Notes under the pieces: generated by a model
What the model saw: the letters and a program-made list of their open reading frames with translations, nothing else
What the model was told of the DNA's origin: nothing
Database searches by the model: none
Translations under genes and position numbers: made by a program
Assembly: GCA_030600745.1 (NCBI GenBank)
Contig: JAUVLL010000002.1
Span: forward strand, 1 to 32,802
Origin: Spirochaetaceae bacterium
Lineage (GTDB): Bacteria; Spirochaetota; Spirochaetia; B11-G9
DNA: 32,802 nucleotides
Direction: 5' to 3'
In this document: piece by piece, positions 24,424-32,802 of the stretch
How positions within the stretch are numbered: position 1 is the stretch's first letter
How the letters are laid out: the number at the start of each line of letters is the position of its first letter

Positions 24424-26445
24424 ATGAAAAAGAAACTTATTGTTGTTCTGTTATCGCTGTTCATTGTATTCAGCGTATTTTCAGGCGGCGACAAAGAAAC
24501 AACCACAGAGGATACGGGCGGATACATTGCAGCTCCAACCGTTTCTTATGCTATGGGGATAACAACTGAATTCCCTCAGCAGCTTGAACTGGTTGATTAT
24601 GAGAAACAGACCGGTGAAAAACTGGAATTTACGGGTAATCCATTATTTGCTGAAAGAGAGAAAAGCAAAGATCTTCCATCTGTAGATCAACGACTGCCTG
24701 AAGAACCCCTTGTTGTTCTCCCGTATGATGTAATTGGTAAATACGGCGGCCAGCTTAAAGGTATGTGTATCTCTTATGAATCAGGTACATCCGAAGTTAT
24801 GGCATGGCGTCACGCCAATCTTGTCAGATTTAGTGATGACATGAGCACATTAGTGCCGAATGTCGCTAAAGCATGGAAATGGAACAGTGACTTTACTGAA
24901 ATTACATTTACATTGCGTAAAGGCCACAAATGGTCTGACGGCGACCCCTTTGATGCTGATGATATGGTTTTTTATGTAAATGACATTCTTCTTAACAAAG
25001 AGATCCACAAGGTTATTCCTTCTCCATGGAGCGGAGCTGTTCCAAGTATAGAGAAAATTAATGATGTCACTGTTAAGATGAAATTCGAAAATGCATTTAC
25101 AGGTTTACTTTATTATTTAGGTGGAAGCGGATCTTATTTTGATGCATTTGCACCAAAACATTTTCTGGAACAGTATCACATTGAATATAACGCCAATGCC
25201 GATAAAGAAGCAAAGGCAGCCGGGTATGATAACTGGGTACAGCAGTTCGGCACTTACTGGAATAAATGGAAAGATGCAGTAGTTGCAGGTCCTGAGGGAG
25301 TTAAGGTCCCAACCCTTGAAAGTCATATTCTGCAGGAAGTACCTACAACACAACGCCGTATCTATATTGCCAATCCTTACTACTTTAAAGTGGATACAGC
25401 AGGTAATCAGCTTCCTTATGTTGATTATCATTATGAAAGATTTCTTGAAAAGCAGTTATGGCCTCTTGAAATTATGAACGGTAATATTGATCAGAAAGCA
25501 CAGAACATGCCCCTTGATATCTATACCGTACTTAAAGAAAACGAGAAAAAAGGACAATATGAATTGCAGCTTCCTTCCGGACAGGTTGGACCGACAATGA
25601 TATTTAACCAGACAAGTGATGATCCTGTTTTAGGAAAAATCTTTAGTGATGTCCGCTTCAGGTATGCCATGTCCCTGGCAATTAATCGTAATGAGATCAA
25701 TGAGTCTCTTTTTCTCGGACTGGGAACTCCTGAACAGGCGCTTCCTTTAAATGTGCCCTATGTTACCGATAAAGACAGGAAATTCATGACTGAATATAAT
25801 CCTGATAAAGCAAACAAACTGCTTGATGAAATGGGCTTGAAGATGGGATCTGATGGATACAGAATGGGTCCTGACGGGAAACCGTTTACAGTACTGTGGG
25901 AATACACTCTTCAGTATGTATGGACAACGGATTTTCCAGCTCTTGTATCTGAATACTGGAAAGATGTGGGTGTAAAAGTACTGCTTAAAGAAGTAACCAC
26001 TCAGCTTACCAGAGATAAACAGAAAGCCAATACACTGGATATTACAAGCGAATGGATGGCCCCCTTTGAACCAAGTATGATTTCAACTCCTCACCTGTTT
26101 CTTCCTCCGTATTCCGGACATTGGCCTATTATGGGTCTGCCATGGATGGATTGGAAGACCAGCAACGGATCATCAGGGGTAAAACCACCTGCATGGGTAC
26201 TGGATCTATGGGACATCGCAGCTGAATGGACCACTCTTGTTCCAGGTTCATCAAGATATATTGAACTTGGAAAGAAGATTATAAAGATCAATCAGGAAAA
26301 TCTGCCTGTTATTGGTACTCTTGGCAATATTCCATTGATAACTGTAGTTTCAGACAGGCTCGGAAATGCACCGGAATGGACAATTAACAGTACTTTCTTT
26401 GGTTATTCATATCCGTATAGAGCTGATCAGTGGTTTATCAAATAA
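24424..26445 (+). CDS. ABC transporter substrate-binding protein, family 5 (Opp/Dpp-type), unusually long at 673 aa
   Basis: It has an N-terminal signal sequence MKKKLIVVLLSLFIVFSVFSGG with no lipobox Cys, and family-5 SBP composition. A GAAGGAGAG RBS is present. It is the first gene of a 5-gene transporter operon. Confidence 0.85.
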   Translation: MKKKLIVVLLSLFIVFSVFSGGDKETTTEDTGGYIAAPTVSYAMGITTEFPQQLELVDYEKQTGEKLEFTGNPLFAEREKSKDLPSVDQRLPEEPLVVLPYDVIGKYGGQLKGMCISYESGTSEVMAWRHANLVRFSDDMSTLVPNVAKAWKWNSDFTEITFTLRKGHKWSDGDPFDADDMVFYVNDILLNKEIHKVIPSPWSGAVPSIEKINDVTVKMKFENAFTGLLYYLGGSGSYFDAFAPKHFLEQYHIEYNANADKEAKAAGYDNWVQQFGTYWNKWKDAVVAGPEGVKVPTLESHILQEVPTTQRRIYIANPYYFKVDTAGNQLPYVDYHYERFLEKQLWPLEIMNGNIDQKAQNMPLDIYTVLKENEKKGQYELQLPSGQVGPTMIFNQTSDDPVLGKIFSDVRFRYAMSLAINRNEINESLFLGLGTPEQALPLNVPYVTDKDRKFMTEYNPDKANKLLDEMGLKMGSDGYRMGPDGKPFTVLWEYTLQYVWTTDFPALVSEYWKDVGVKVLLKEVTTQLTRDKQKANTLDITSEWMAPFEPSMISTPHLFLPPYSGHWPIMGLPWMDWKTSNGSSGVKPPAWVLDLWDIAAEWTTLVPGSSRYIELGKKIIKINQENLPVIGTLGNIPLITVVSDRLGNAPEWTINSTFFGYSYPYRADQWFIK

Positions 26446-26478
26446 ACAGATAGATCAATTCTTCTATAATATAATAAT

Positions 26479-26517
26479 ACCGGATCCGGGCAGAAGCTTG
26501 TCTGAGTCCGGTTTTTT
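26479..26517 (+). terminator. Hairpin + T6: putative intra-operon attenuator/terminator after the SBP gene
   Basis: ACCGGA...TCCGGT outer stem with an inner CAGA/TCTG pairing, followed by TTTTTT (26512-26517). The stem is imperfect. Confidence 0.4.
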
Positions 26518-26554
26518 ACAAGCTAATTAATATTTTTTATAAGGGGGAATAATA

Positions 26555-27553
26555 ATGCTTGAATTATTTGTACGCCGCCTTGGTACTGCGTGTGTTACCA
26601 TGTTTTTATTATCTATTGTCGCCTTTATCCTCATTCAGCTTCCTCCGGGAGATTTTGTAGATACCTATGCAGGTAAAAAAACTCAGGGAGGGGTTATCAT
26701 TACCCAGGATGAACTGGATACAATGCGAAGCAGACTGGGTCTTGACAGACCGTTATACCAGCAATATGGGAAATGGGTAGGTAATCTTTTTAAGGGTGAT
26801 ATGGGGTTTTCCTGGGAATACCACAGGCCGGTAAAAGATGTAATAGCAGAGAGGCTAACCATGACTCTTATTCTTGCTTTTTCGACCCTTATTTTTACAT
26901 ATGTTGTTGCAATTATTATTGGGATCTATTCTGCCGTCCGGCAGTATTCAATAGGTGATAATCTGGCAACAGTTATAGGGTATCTGGGTCTGGCAACCCC
27001 CGGGTTTTTGTTTGCATTGATTCTTATGTTTCTTGGACAGAAATGGTTCGGTATAAGTGTCGGTGGGTTGTTTTCTCCCGAGTTTGAAGATGCTGCATGG
27101 AGTTTTGCGAAATTAATGGATCTGTTTTCCCATCTCTGGGTCCCTGTTGTTGTTCTCGGTATGGCAGGTACTGCATTCCAGATTCGTACCATGAGGGCCA
27201 CTCTTCTCGATGAGCTTAACAAAATGTATGTTACATCTGCAAGGGCGGGAGGAATACCTGAATTCAAACTGCTTATGAGGTATCCTGTTCGTATGGCACT
27301 CAATCCCATAGCATCAACTCTTGGATGGGAACTGAGTAAGATAATTTCAGGCGCTCCAATAATCGGTATAGTTTTATCTTTACCCACTCTTGGTCCATTG
27401 TATGTTAATTCACTGCTTAGTCAGGACATTTATCTGGCCGGTGCCTTAATACTTATCTTTTGTTCTCTTGTAATTGTTGGTACTTTTATATCAGATATAC
27501 TTCTTATGGTCCTGGACCCACGGCTAAGGCTTGGAAAGGCAGGTGTAAAATGA
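26555..27553 (+). CDS. ABC transporter permease (DppB/OppB-like)
   Basis: The 332-aa polytopic membrane protein has the EAA-type loop region ..RATLLDELNKMYVTSARAGG.. An AAGGGGGA RBS is present. Confidence 0.85.
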   Translation: MLELFVRRLGTACVTMFLLSIVAFILIQLPPGDFVDTYAGKKTQGGVIITQDELDTMRSRLGLDRPLYQQYGKWVGNLFKGDMGFSWEYHRPVKDVIAERLTMTLILAFSTLIFTYVVAIIIGIYSAVRQYSIGDNLATVIGYLGLATPGFLFALILMFLGQKWFGISVGGLFSPEFEDAAWSFAKLMDLFSHLWVPVVVLGMAGTAFQIRTMRATLLDELNKMYVTSARAGGIPEFKLLMRYPVRMALNPIASTLGWELSKIISGAPIIGIVLSLPTLGPLYVNSLLSQDIYLAGALILIFCSLVIVGTFISDILLMVLDPRLRLGKAGVK

Positions 27554-28674
27554 AAGATGAAAATTATACAGATGCCGCTAACAAAAAAGTCAACAGAAGG
27601 GATATTGCCACCCACGGGCAGTTAATGTGGTGGCAGTTTAAGAAAAATAAAATGGCCATTGTTGCAGGCAGTGTACTCCTTATTTTTATAATACTAGCAA
27701 TTTTTGCTGAATTTATTGCCCCCTATTCACCTGGTAAACGTAATACAACTTACCTGCAGTCACCTCCAATGAAAATTCATCACTTTGATTCGGAAGGGAA
27801 ATTCCACTTTCAGGCTTTTATTTACGGATGGGATAATAAACGTGATCCTGAAACTTTAAAGTTAAATGCTATTACGGATACATCAAGAATTATTCCGGTC
27901 TATCTTTTTGTTAAGGGAGAACCTTATAAAGTCTTAGGTTTATTTGAACTAAAATTACATCTGTTCGGGGTTAAAGAGGGGATGATAAATTTATTTGGGA
28001 CAGATCAGCTTGGAAGAGATATTTTTTCACGCCTGATGTTTGCAACAAGAATCTCACTTTCTGTCGGGGCTATCGGGGTGTCGTTTGTATTTTTAATCGG
28101 ACTCCTTATGGGCGGTATTGCCGGATATTTCGGCGGTATAGTCGATGAAATTATTATGCGTATGATGGAATTCCTTCGTTCTATTCCCACACTTCCACTA
28201 TGGCTGGCTCTTTCAGCAGCACTCCCCAGGGAATGGTCTGCCTTAAAAGTCTATATAGCTGTAACGTTAATTCTTGCATCTGTAGGATGGACCAATCTGG
28301 GTCGGCGTGTTCGAAGTAAACTTCTTTCAATGAGAGATGAAGATTTTATTCTTTCCGCTAAACTGGCAGGATGTACAGACAGAAGAATTATAGTAAATCA
28401 TATGCTTCCCTCTTTTATGAGTTATATTATAGTGGATCTGACAATATCATTCCCATTTATTATTCTGGCTGAAACTTCCTTAAGTTTTCTTGGGCTGGGC
28501 CTTCGGGAACCTATTGTCAGTTGGGGAGTTCTTCTTTACTCGGCACAAAATATTCATACCCTGTCCCAAATACCATGGCTGCTTATAACTGCACTTTTTG
28601 TTGTTATATCAGTGTTGGCTTTTAATTTTCTGGGTGACGGACTTCGGGACGCAGCAGATCCCTTTTCGAAATAG
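27550..28674 (+). CDS. ABC transporter permease (DppC/OppC-like)
   Basis: ATG 27550 overlaps the upstream TGA (ATGA). The product starts MKDENYTDAANKK, and the EAA loop reads ..RSKLLSMRDEDFILSAKLAGC.. The track start at 27460 lies inside the previous gene. Confidence 0.85.
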   Translation: MKDENYTDAANKKVNRRDIATHGQLMWWQFKKNKMAIVAGSVLLIFIILAIFAEFIAPYSPGKRNTTYLQSPPMKIHHFDSEGKFHFQAFIYGWDNKRDPETLKLNAITDTSRIIPVYLFVKGEPYKVLGLFELKLHLFGVKEGMINLFGTDQLGRDIFSRLMFATRISLSVGAIGVSFVFLIGLLMGGIAGYFGGIVDEIIMRMMEFLRSIPTLPLWLALSAALPREWSALKVYIAVTLILASVGWTNLGRRVRSKLLSMRDEDFILSAKLAGCTDRRIIVNHMLPSFMSYIIVDLTISFPFIILAETSLSFLGLGLREPIVSWGVLLYSAQNIHTLSQIPWLLITALFVVISVLAFNFLGDGLRDAADPFSK

Positions 28675-28686
28675 GTGACACTTAGA

Positions 28687-29688
28687 ATGGAGAAAAAATA
28701 TTTAATGCAGGTAAAAAACCTGCAAATTTCATGGCACCTCGATAAGGCACTAATTCCTATTGTCTGTGGTCTGGATTTTAGTCTTGAGCCGGGGAAAGTA
28801 CTTGCCCTTGTAGGAGAAAGCGGATGTGGTAAAAGTGTTACCTCCCTGTCCCTACTCCGACTGCTGGCAAAAGAGCTGAAAATAGTTGAAGGTGAGATCC
28901 TCTTTAATGGTACTGATAATGATGAACCTGTTGATATTGCCGAATTGAATCCGAGAGGAAAGGGAATTCAGGAAATTAGAGGTGGAATGGCCTCAATGAT
29001 ATTTCAGGAGCCTATGAGCTCTTTTTCTCCCCTTTATACTATTGGACATCAGATTATTGAGGTAATACAGCAACATAAGCAAAATACCAAAGAAGAAGCC
29101 AGAGCAAGAACTATTGATCTTCTACGAAAAGTGGGACTCGCTGACCCTGAAAAGGCCGTTGACCGTTTCCCTGGTGAGTTCTCGGGAGGGATGAGGCAGC
29201 GGGCTATGATAGCCAAGGCCCTTTCATGTAATCCACGGCTTCTTATAGCAGATGAGCCCACTACTGCACTGGATGTTACAATTCAGGCTCAGATTCTTGA
29301 TCTTATGAATGAAGTAAAAGATGAATTCGGAACTTCAATTATCTTTATTTCCCATGATCTTGGTGTAGTCGGACAGGTTGCGGATGATGTGGCTATTATG
29401 TATATGGGCAGCATTGTTGAAAAAGGTCCTGTTAAAGAAATTTTTAAACATCCAAAACATCCTTATACAATGAAATTACTGGATGCTATTCCCCGCCTTG
29501 GTGATCTGGGAGACCGCAAGAGACTGGAACCAATCAGAGGAAGTGTTCCAACCCTGTTTAACAGATCCAACGGTTGCGCATTTCATGACAGATGTGATTA
29601 TTTTATGAAGGGTATTTGTGATGGTTCTTTTCCTGATCTTAAGGAAATTTCTGAAGACCAACAGGTTGCATGTCATCTGTATGAATAA
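28687..29688 (+). CDS. ABC transporter ATP-binding protein (DppD/OppD-like)
   Basis: Walker A GESGCGKS, signature FSGGMRQR, Walker B LLIADEPTTALD, and a C-terminal Opp-type extension with Cys residues. The start is ambiguous (GTG 28675, ATG 28687 or ATG 28705). Confidence 0.8.
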   Translation: MEKKYLMQVKNLQISWHLDKALIPIVCGLDFSLEPGKVLALVGESGCGKSVTSLSLLRLLAKELKIVEGEILFNGTDNDEPVDIAELNPRGKGIQEIRGGMASMIFQEPMSSFSPLYTIGHQIIEVIQQHKQNTKEEARARTIDLLRKVGLADPEKAVDRFPGEFSGGMRQRAMIAKALSCNPRLLIADEPTTALDVTIQAQILDLMNEVKDEFGTSIIFISHDLGVVGQVADDVAIMYMGSIVEKGPVKEIFKHPKHPYTMKLLDAIPRLGDLGDRKRLEPIRGSVPTLFNRSNGCAFHDRCDYFMKGICDGSFPDLKEISEDQQVACHLYE

Positions 29689-29700
29689 GGAGAGTTATTA

Positions 29701-30795
29701 ATGAGTACATTAGTTGAGATCAAAGATCTAAAAAAATATTTTCCGGTAGGCAGAACAGGAATATTTGGTAAACACAAATCCCTGCTGAAGGCTGTTGATA
29801 ATGTATCTTTTACAATAAAAAAAGGTGAAAATCTTGGTTTGGTAGGAGAGAGCGGATCGGGTAAAACAACTCTGGGACGAACTCTTATCCATCTAATCGA
29901 ACCTACCGGAGGGGAGGTTCTGTTTAATACGGGAGAAAATAAGATAGATGTTGCAAAATTACACCGGGGTGAACTGCGGCAACAGTGGCGTAATATGCAG
30001 ATGATTTTTCAGGACCCCTATGCCTCACTAAACCAGCGAATGACAGTGAGAGACATTATAGGTGAACCTCTTGTAGCAAACAAGTTGGCCAGTGGAGACA
30101 AGCTTAACGAAAAGATTAAAGATATGGCAGTTCTTTGCGGACTAAAGACTTCTCAGCTCAGCCGTTATCCCCATGCTTTCAGCGGAGGACAAAGACAAAG
30201 AATAGCTATAGCGCGGTCTCTTATTATGCATCCTGAATTTATAGTATGTGATGAAGCAGTTTCAGCTCTTGATGTTTCTATTCAGGCACAGATACTAAAC
30301 CTCCTGAAAGACTTGCGCCATGAGCTGGATCTTACCTATCTGTTTGTTGCACACGATTTAAGTGCAGTAGCTTATGCCTGTGACAGGGTAGCAGTTATGT
30401 ACCTTGGCCGAATAGTTGAAATGGCTGTTACTGAAGAAATTTATTACAAACCGAAGCATCCATACACGGAAGCTCTTATGTCTGCAATCCCTCCGGATGA
30501 TCCTGAAATGACAATGCAGAAACTTTTTGTACGGGGAGAACAGCCAAGCCCGGTTAATCCCCCATCAGGTTGCCCTTTCCATCCCAGATGTAAGTTTGCT
30601 GATGACAGCCGCTGCGTAAATGAAGTGCCGGTCCTTAAGGAAGTATTCCCTGAACATTTTGTCTCCTGCCATTATGCAGAATCCCTGTCACTTAAAGGAG
30701 CTCTGCAGTTTCAAAATAAACTAAGAGCGGCAAATAATAAAAAAGAAGTTGAAAACCTAAATACAAGACGGACAGAAATTCTGGCAAAATTATGA
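29701..30795 (+). CDS. ABC transporter ATP-binding protein (DppF/OppF-like)
   Basis: Walker A GESGSGKTT, signature FSGGQRQR, Walker B FIVCDEAVSALD. An AAGGAGAG RBS is present. Confidence 0.85.
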   Translation: MSTLVEIKDLKKYFPVGRTGIFGKHKSLLKAVDNVSFTIKKGENLGLVGESGSGKTTLGRTLIHLIEPTGGEVLFNTGENKIDVAKLHRGELRQQWRNMQMIFQDPYASLNQRMTVRDIIGEPLVANKLASGDKLNEKIKDMAVLCGLKTSQLSRYPHAFSGGQRQRIAIARSLIMHPEFIVCDEAVSALDVSIQAQILNLLKDLRHELDLTYLFVAHDLSAVAYACDRVAVMYLGRIVEMAVTEEIYYKPKHPYTEALMSAIPPDDPEMTMQKLFVRGEQPSPVNPPSGCPFHPRCKFADDSRCVNEVPVLKEVFPEHFVSCHYAESLSLKGALQFQNKLRAANNKKEVENLNTRRTEILAKL

Positions 30796-30918
30796 GGCAG
30801 AAACTATACTTGAGATAAATTTGGTTGATCGATCGCATTATAATAGAGGTTCTCATTTGGGGCATTTTTTACGGTATTTTATATTACACTTTTCACCGTC
30901 AAAAATAAAGAATATAAC

Positions 30919-30946
30919 TTGACATATCTCAAAGACATGATATAAA
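30919..30946 (+). promoter_or_regulatory. Sigma70-like promoter upstream of the sulfatase pair
   Basis: TTGACA (30919-30924), 16-nt spacer, TATAAA (30941-30946). Confidence 0.4.
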
Positions 30947-31003
30947 GAGAGGTTTACATAAGAATCCTGACATTGTCGTAAGATAAAGGTACTGATAAAA
31001 ATT

Positions 31004-31237
31004 ATGGAAAAGAAGAATTTATTATTTATTACTACTGACCAGTGGAGGGCTGAGAGTTTATCCTCTCTGGACCATCCTGTTGTTAAAACTCCGAATCTTG
31101 ATGCACTCGCAGCTGATGGAGTTACATTTAAGAACCATTTTGCACAGTGTATACCATGCGGGCCAAGCAGAGCTTCTATTTATACAGGTATGTATATGCA
31201 GAACCACAGATCAGTGGAAAACGGAACTCCCCTTGAT
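31004..31237 (+). repeat. Direct repeat: 5' 234 nt of sulfatase 1 versus sulfatase 2 (32569-32802)
   Basis: By manual codon alignment 206 of 234 nt are identical. Perfect runs are 31037-31089 (53 nt) and 31179-31237 (59 nt, cut by the window end). Of the 28 mismatches, 24 fall in codons 29-59. Confidence 0.85.
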
Positions 31238-32533
31238 GCCCGGCACACAAATATTGCTCTTGAGTTTAGAAAACTGGGCTATGCTCCCGCACTTGTCGGA
31301 TATACAGATACTACCCAGGATCCCCGCTTATTCTCGCCCAACGATCCGGATCTAAAAACATACGAAGGTATTCTACCGGGCTTTAAATGTCTGGCAATGT
31401 CAAGTGAAGAATTCCCGGAGGACTGGGCTCTGTGGCTGGAAGAGAAGGGGTATCCTGTTCCTGATAATCCCAGGGACCTTTATTACAAAGCTGTCAAGGG
31501 TTACCCCGGGGCAGAAGATCGGGGTATAACCTATGCACCTGCTCCGTATCCAAAAGAAATGAGTGAAACGGCATTTGTAACGTATAATGCTGAAAAATTT
31601 ATCAAGAAATCTGCCGGTAAACCATGGTTTCTCCATATGAGCTATCTAAAACCTCACAGACCTTATCTTGCACCGGAACCATACAATAAAATGTATTCAC
31701 CGGATAATGTTCCGGCCTTTAAACGTGCACCTACCATAGAAGAGGAAGCAAAACAGCATCCACTACTCGAATATAAACTAAAACAGACTTTAAGCAAGGG
31801 ATTTTATTCGAAAGAAATTTATCCCAGGGATGATAAATCCCTAAAGCAGCTGAGAGCTACATACTACGGTCTCATGACAGAAGTGGATGATAATATTGGC
31901 AGGATTGTAGAGCTCCTTAAAAGGATCGGTCAATATGAAAACACAGTAATTATCTTTACAAGTGATCACGGAGCCCAACTTGGTGACCACCATATTATTG
32001 GGCAGGCACCCTATTTTGATCAGACTTTTCGTGTGCCCCTGATCATAAGCATCCCAGATAAAGCAGGAGAAATACAAAAGGACTCAAAAGTGGATGCCTT
32101 TACAGAGAGTATTGATATTTTACCAACTGCTCTCAGTCTTTTCGGGGGAGATATTCCTGTACAGTGTGACGGCCGGTCCCTGCTTCCATTCCTTTATGGC
32201 AATGAACCTGAGAACTTCAGAACCGAAGCACACTGGGAGGTTGATTTCAGGTATGATGAACCAGGCACTGAGTTTGAAAGATCATCCTTAAATGTAATAA
32301 GAGACAACGATTACAAGTATGTTCACTTTGCCGAAATGCCGGATCTTTTATTTGATCTTAAAAATGACCCTGATGAGCTTCATAATCTTGCTGAAGATCT
32401 CTCATACACAAAAGTTATGTTGAAATATGCAAAAAAGTTACTTTCATGGAGAATGGAAAATGATGAGAGAACCCTCGCATATATGCTGGCTGGATCCGAA
32501 GGGATTACTGTTAAGCCTAAAACCTATAAATAA
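31004..32533 (+). CDS. Sulfatase-family hydrolase, Cys-type (formylglycine motif C-G-P-S-R), no signal peptide
   Basis: LLFITTDQWR (metal-binding Asp strand) starts at residue 6. Also present: CIPCGPSRASIYTG, YLKPHRPY, FTSDHG and a DPDELHNL tail. Confidence 0.85.
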   Translation: MEKKNLLFITTDQWRAESLSSLDHPVVKTPNLDALAADGVTFKNHFAQCIPCGPSRASIYTGMYMQNHRSVENGTPLDARHTNIALEFRKLGYAPALVGYTDTTQDPRLFSPNDPDLKTYEGILPGFKCLAMSSEEFPEDWALWLEEKGYPVPDNPRDLYYKAVKGYPGAEDRGITYAPAPYPKEMSETAFVTYNAEKFIKKSAGKPWFLHMSYLKPHRPYLAPEPYNKMYSPDNVPAFKRAPTIEEEAKQHPLLEYKLKQTLSKGFYSKEIYPRDDKSLKQLRATYYGLMTEVDDNIGRIVELLKRIGQYENTVIIFTSDHGAQLGDHHIIGQAPYFDQTFRVPLIISIPDKAGEIQKDSKVDAFTESIDILPTALSLFGGDIPVQCDGRSLLPFLYGNEPENFRTEAHWEVDFRYDEPGTEFERSSLNVIRDNDYKYVHFAEMPDLLFDLKNDPDELHNLAEDLSYTKVMLKYAKKLLSWRMENDERTLAYMLAGSEGITVKPKTYK

Positions 32534-32568
32534 CAGTTGGTAAAAAACAATGGAGGTATGAAGGTTAA

Positions 32569-32802
32569 ATGAAAAAGAAAAATCTATTATTTATTACTAC
32601 GGACCAGTGGAGGGCTGAGAGTTTATCCTCTCTGGACCATCCTGTTGTTAAAACCCCAAATCTTGATGCTCTGGCGGCTGATGGTGTTCTCTTTGAAAAT
32701 CACTTTACCCAGTGTATTCCAAGCGGCCCGGGCAGGGCCTCACTTTATACAGGTATGTATATGCAGAACCACAGATCAGTGGAAAACGGAACTCCCCTTG
32801 AT
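32569..32802 (+). CDS. Second sulfatase paralogue, Ser-type motif (S-G-P-G-R), truncated by the window end
   Basis: MKKKNLLFITTDQWRAESLSSLDHPVVKTPNLDALAADGVLFENHFTQCIPSGPGRASLYTGMYMQNHRSVENGTPLD. A GGAGG sits 12 nt upstream. It is open at the right edge, so it is absent from the ORF track. Confidence 0.8.
   Translation, partial: MKKKNLLFITTDQWRAESLSSLDHPVVKTPNLDALAADGVLFENHFTQCIPSGPGRASLYTGMYMQNHRSVENGTPLD

Noticed and set aside
26481-26490. The CCGGATCCGG palindrome (a restriction-site-like decamer) after the SBP gene.
   Set aside because: It is part of the putative attenuator hairpin. As a single occurrence it has no evident independent significance.
27460-27549. An upstream extension of the second permease (track ORF start at 27460), and similar long starts at 2240, 9856, 14844, 19389, 24129 and 28675.
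   Set aside because: These extensions use TTG or GTG, or overlap the preceding gene or promoter, and they lack an SD. Internal ATGs with good SDs or ATGA coupling give N-termini that match family expectations.
1-32802. A scan for CRISPR repeats, tRNA/rRNA genes, integrase/att sites, toxin-antitoxin pairs or defence-system signatures.
   Set aside because: No regularly spaced direct repeats, no cloverleaf-like or rRNA-like segments and no nuclease/ATPase/methylase defence-type ORFs were seen. Every ORF over 150 aa is accounted for by metabolic, transport or regulatory families. A visual scan cannot exclude small ncRNAs.

Overview
AT-rich bacterial chromosomal window. By eye it has no rRNA, tRNA or CRISPR array and no recognisable defence or phage module; it is metabolic and accessory. 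I see five blocks. (i) 1-5.1 kb is a gene-decay zone. It opens with the tail of an IS200/RAYT-like Y1 transposase. It holds a Zn-type tdh with an in-frame ~66-aa deletion, and a kbl pseudogene with two amber codons plus an in-frame ~23-aa deletion. It also holds an intact M29 aminopeptidase, an anaerobic sulfatase-maturating enzyme lacking its auxiliary Fe-S (SPASM) core, and a second fused kbl remnant. (ii) 5.1-8.1 kb carries an intact kbl + SDR-type tdh operon and a divergent PuuR-like XRE-cupin regulator. (iii) 8.2-17.2 kb carries an orphan non-pyrrolysine MttB-family methyltransferase with a divergent Lrp/AsnC regulator. Next comes a kamA-like aminomutase / M20 peptidase / cytoplasmic GGT operon, facing a GabT-like aminotransferase + TIM-barrel pair. 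(iv) 17.2-24.2 kb is a six-gene minus-strand operon: SucD-type CoA-acylating semialdehyde dehydrogenase, succinyl-CoA-synthetase-like beta and alpha subunits, a LarA-family nickel-pincer racemase, malic enzyme and a GntR/FadR regulator. (v) 24.4-32.8 kb is an Opp/Dpp-type ABC importer followed by tandem signal-peptide-less sulfatases. The two sulfatase 5' ends are near-identical except around the active site, Cys-type CGPSR versus Ser-type SGPGR. The best candidate for an undescribed system is block iv, possibly fed by the aminotransferase in block iii. The gene order fits an ATP-yielding route: C4 semialdehyde to acyl-CoA to acid, then racemisation and decarboxylation to pyruvate. All functional calls rest on motif and family recognition from memory, with no database search.
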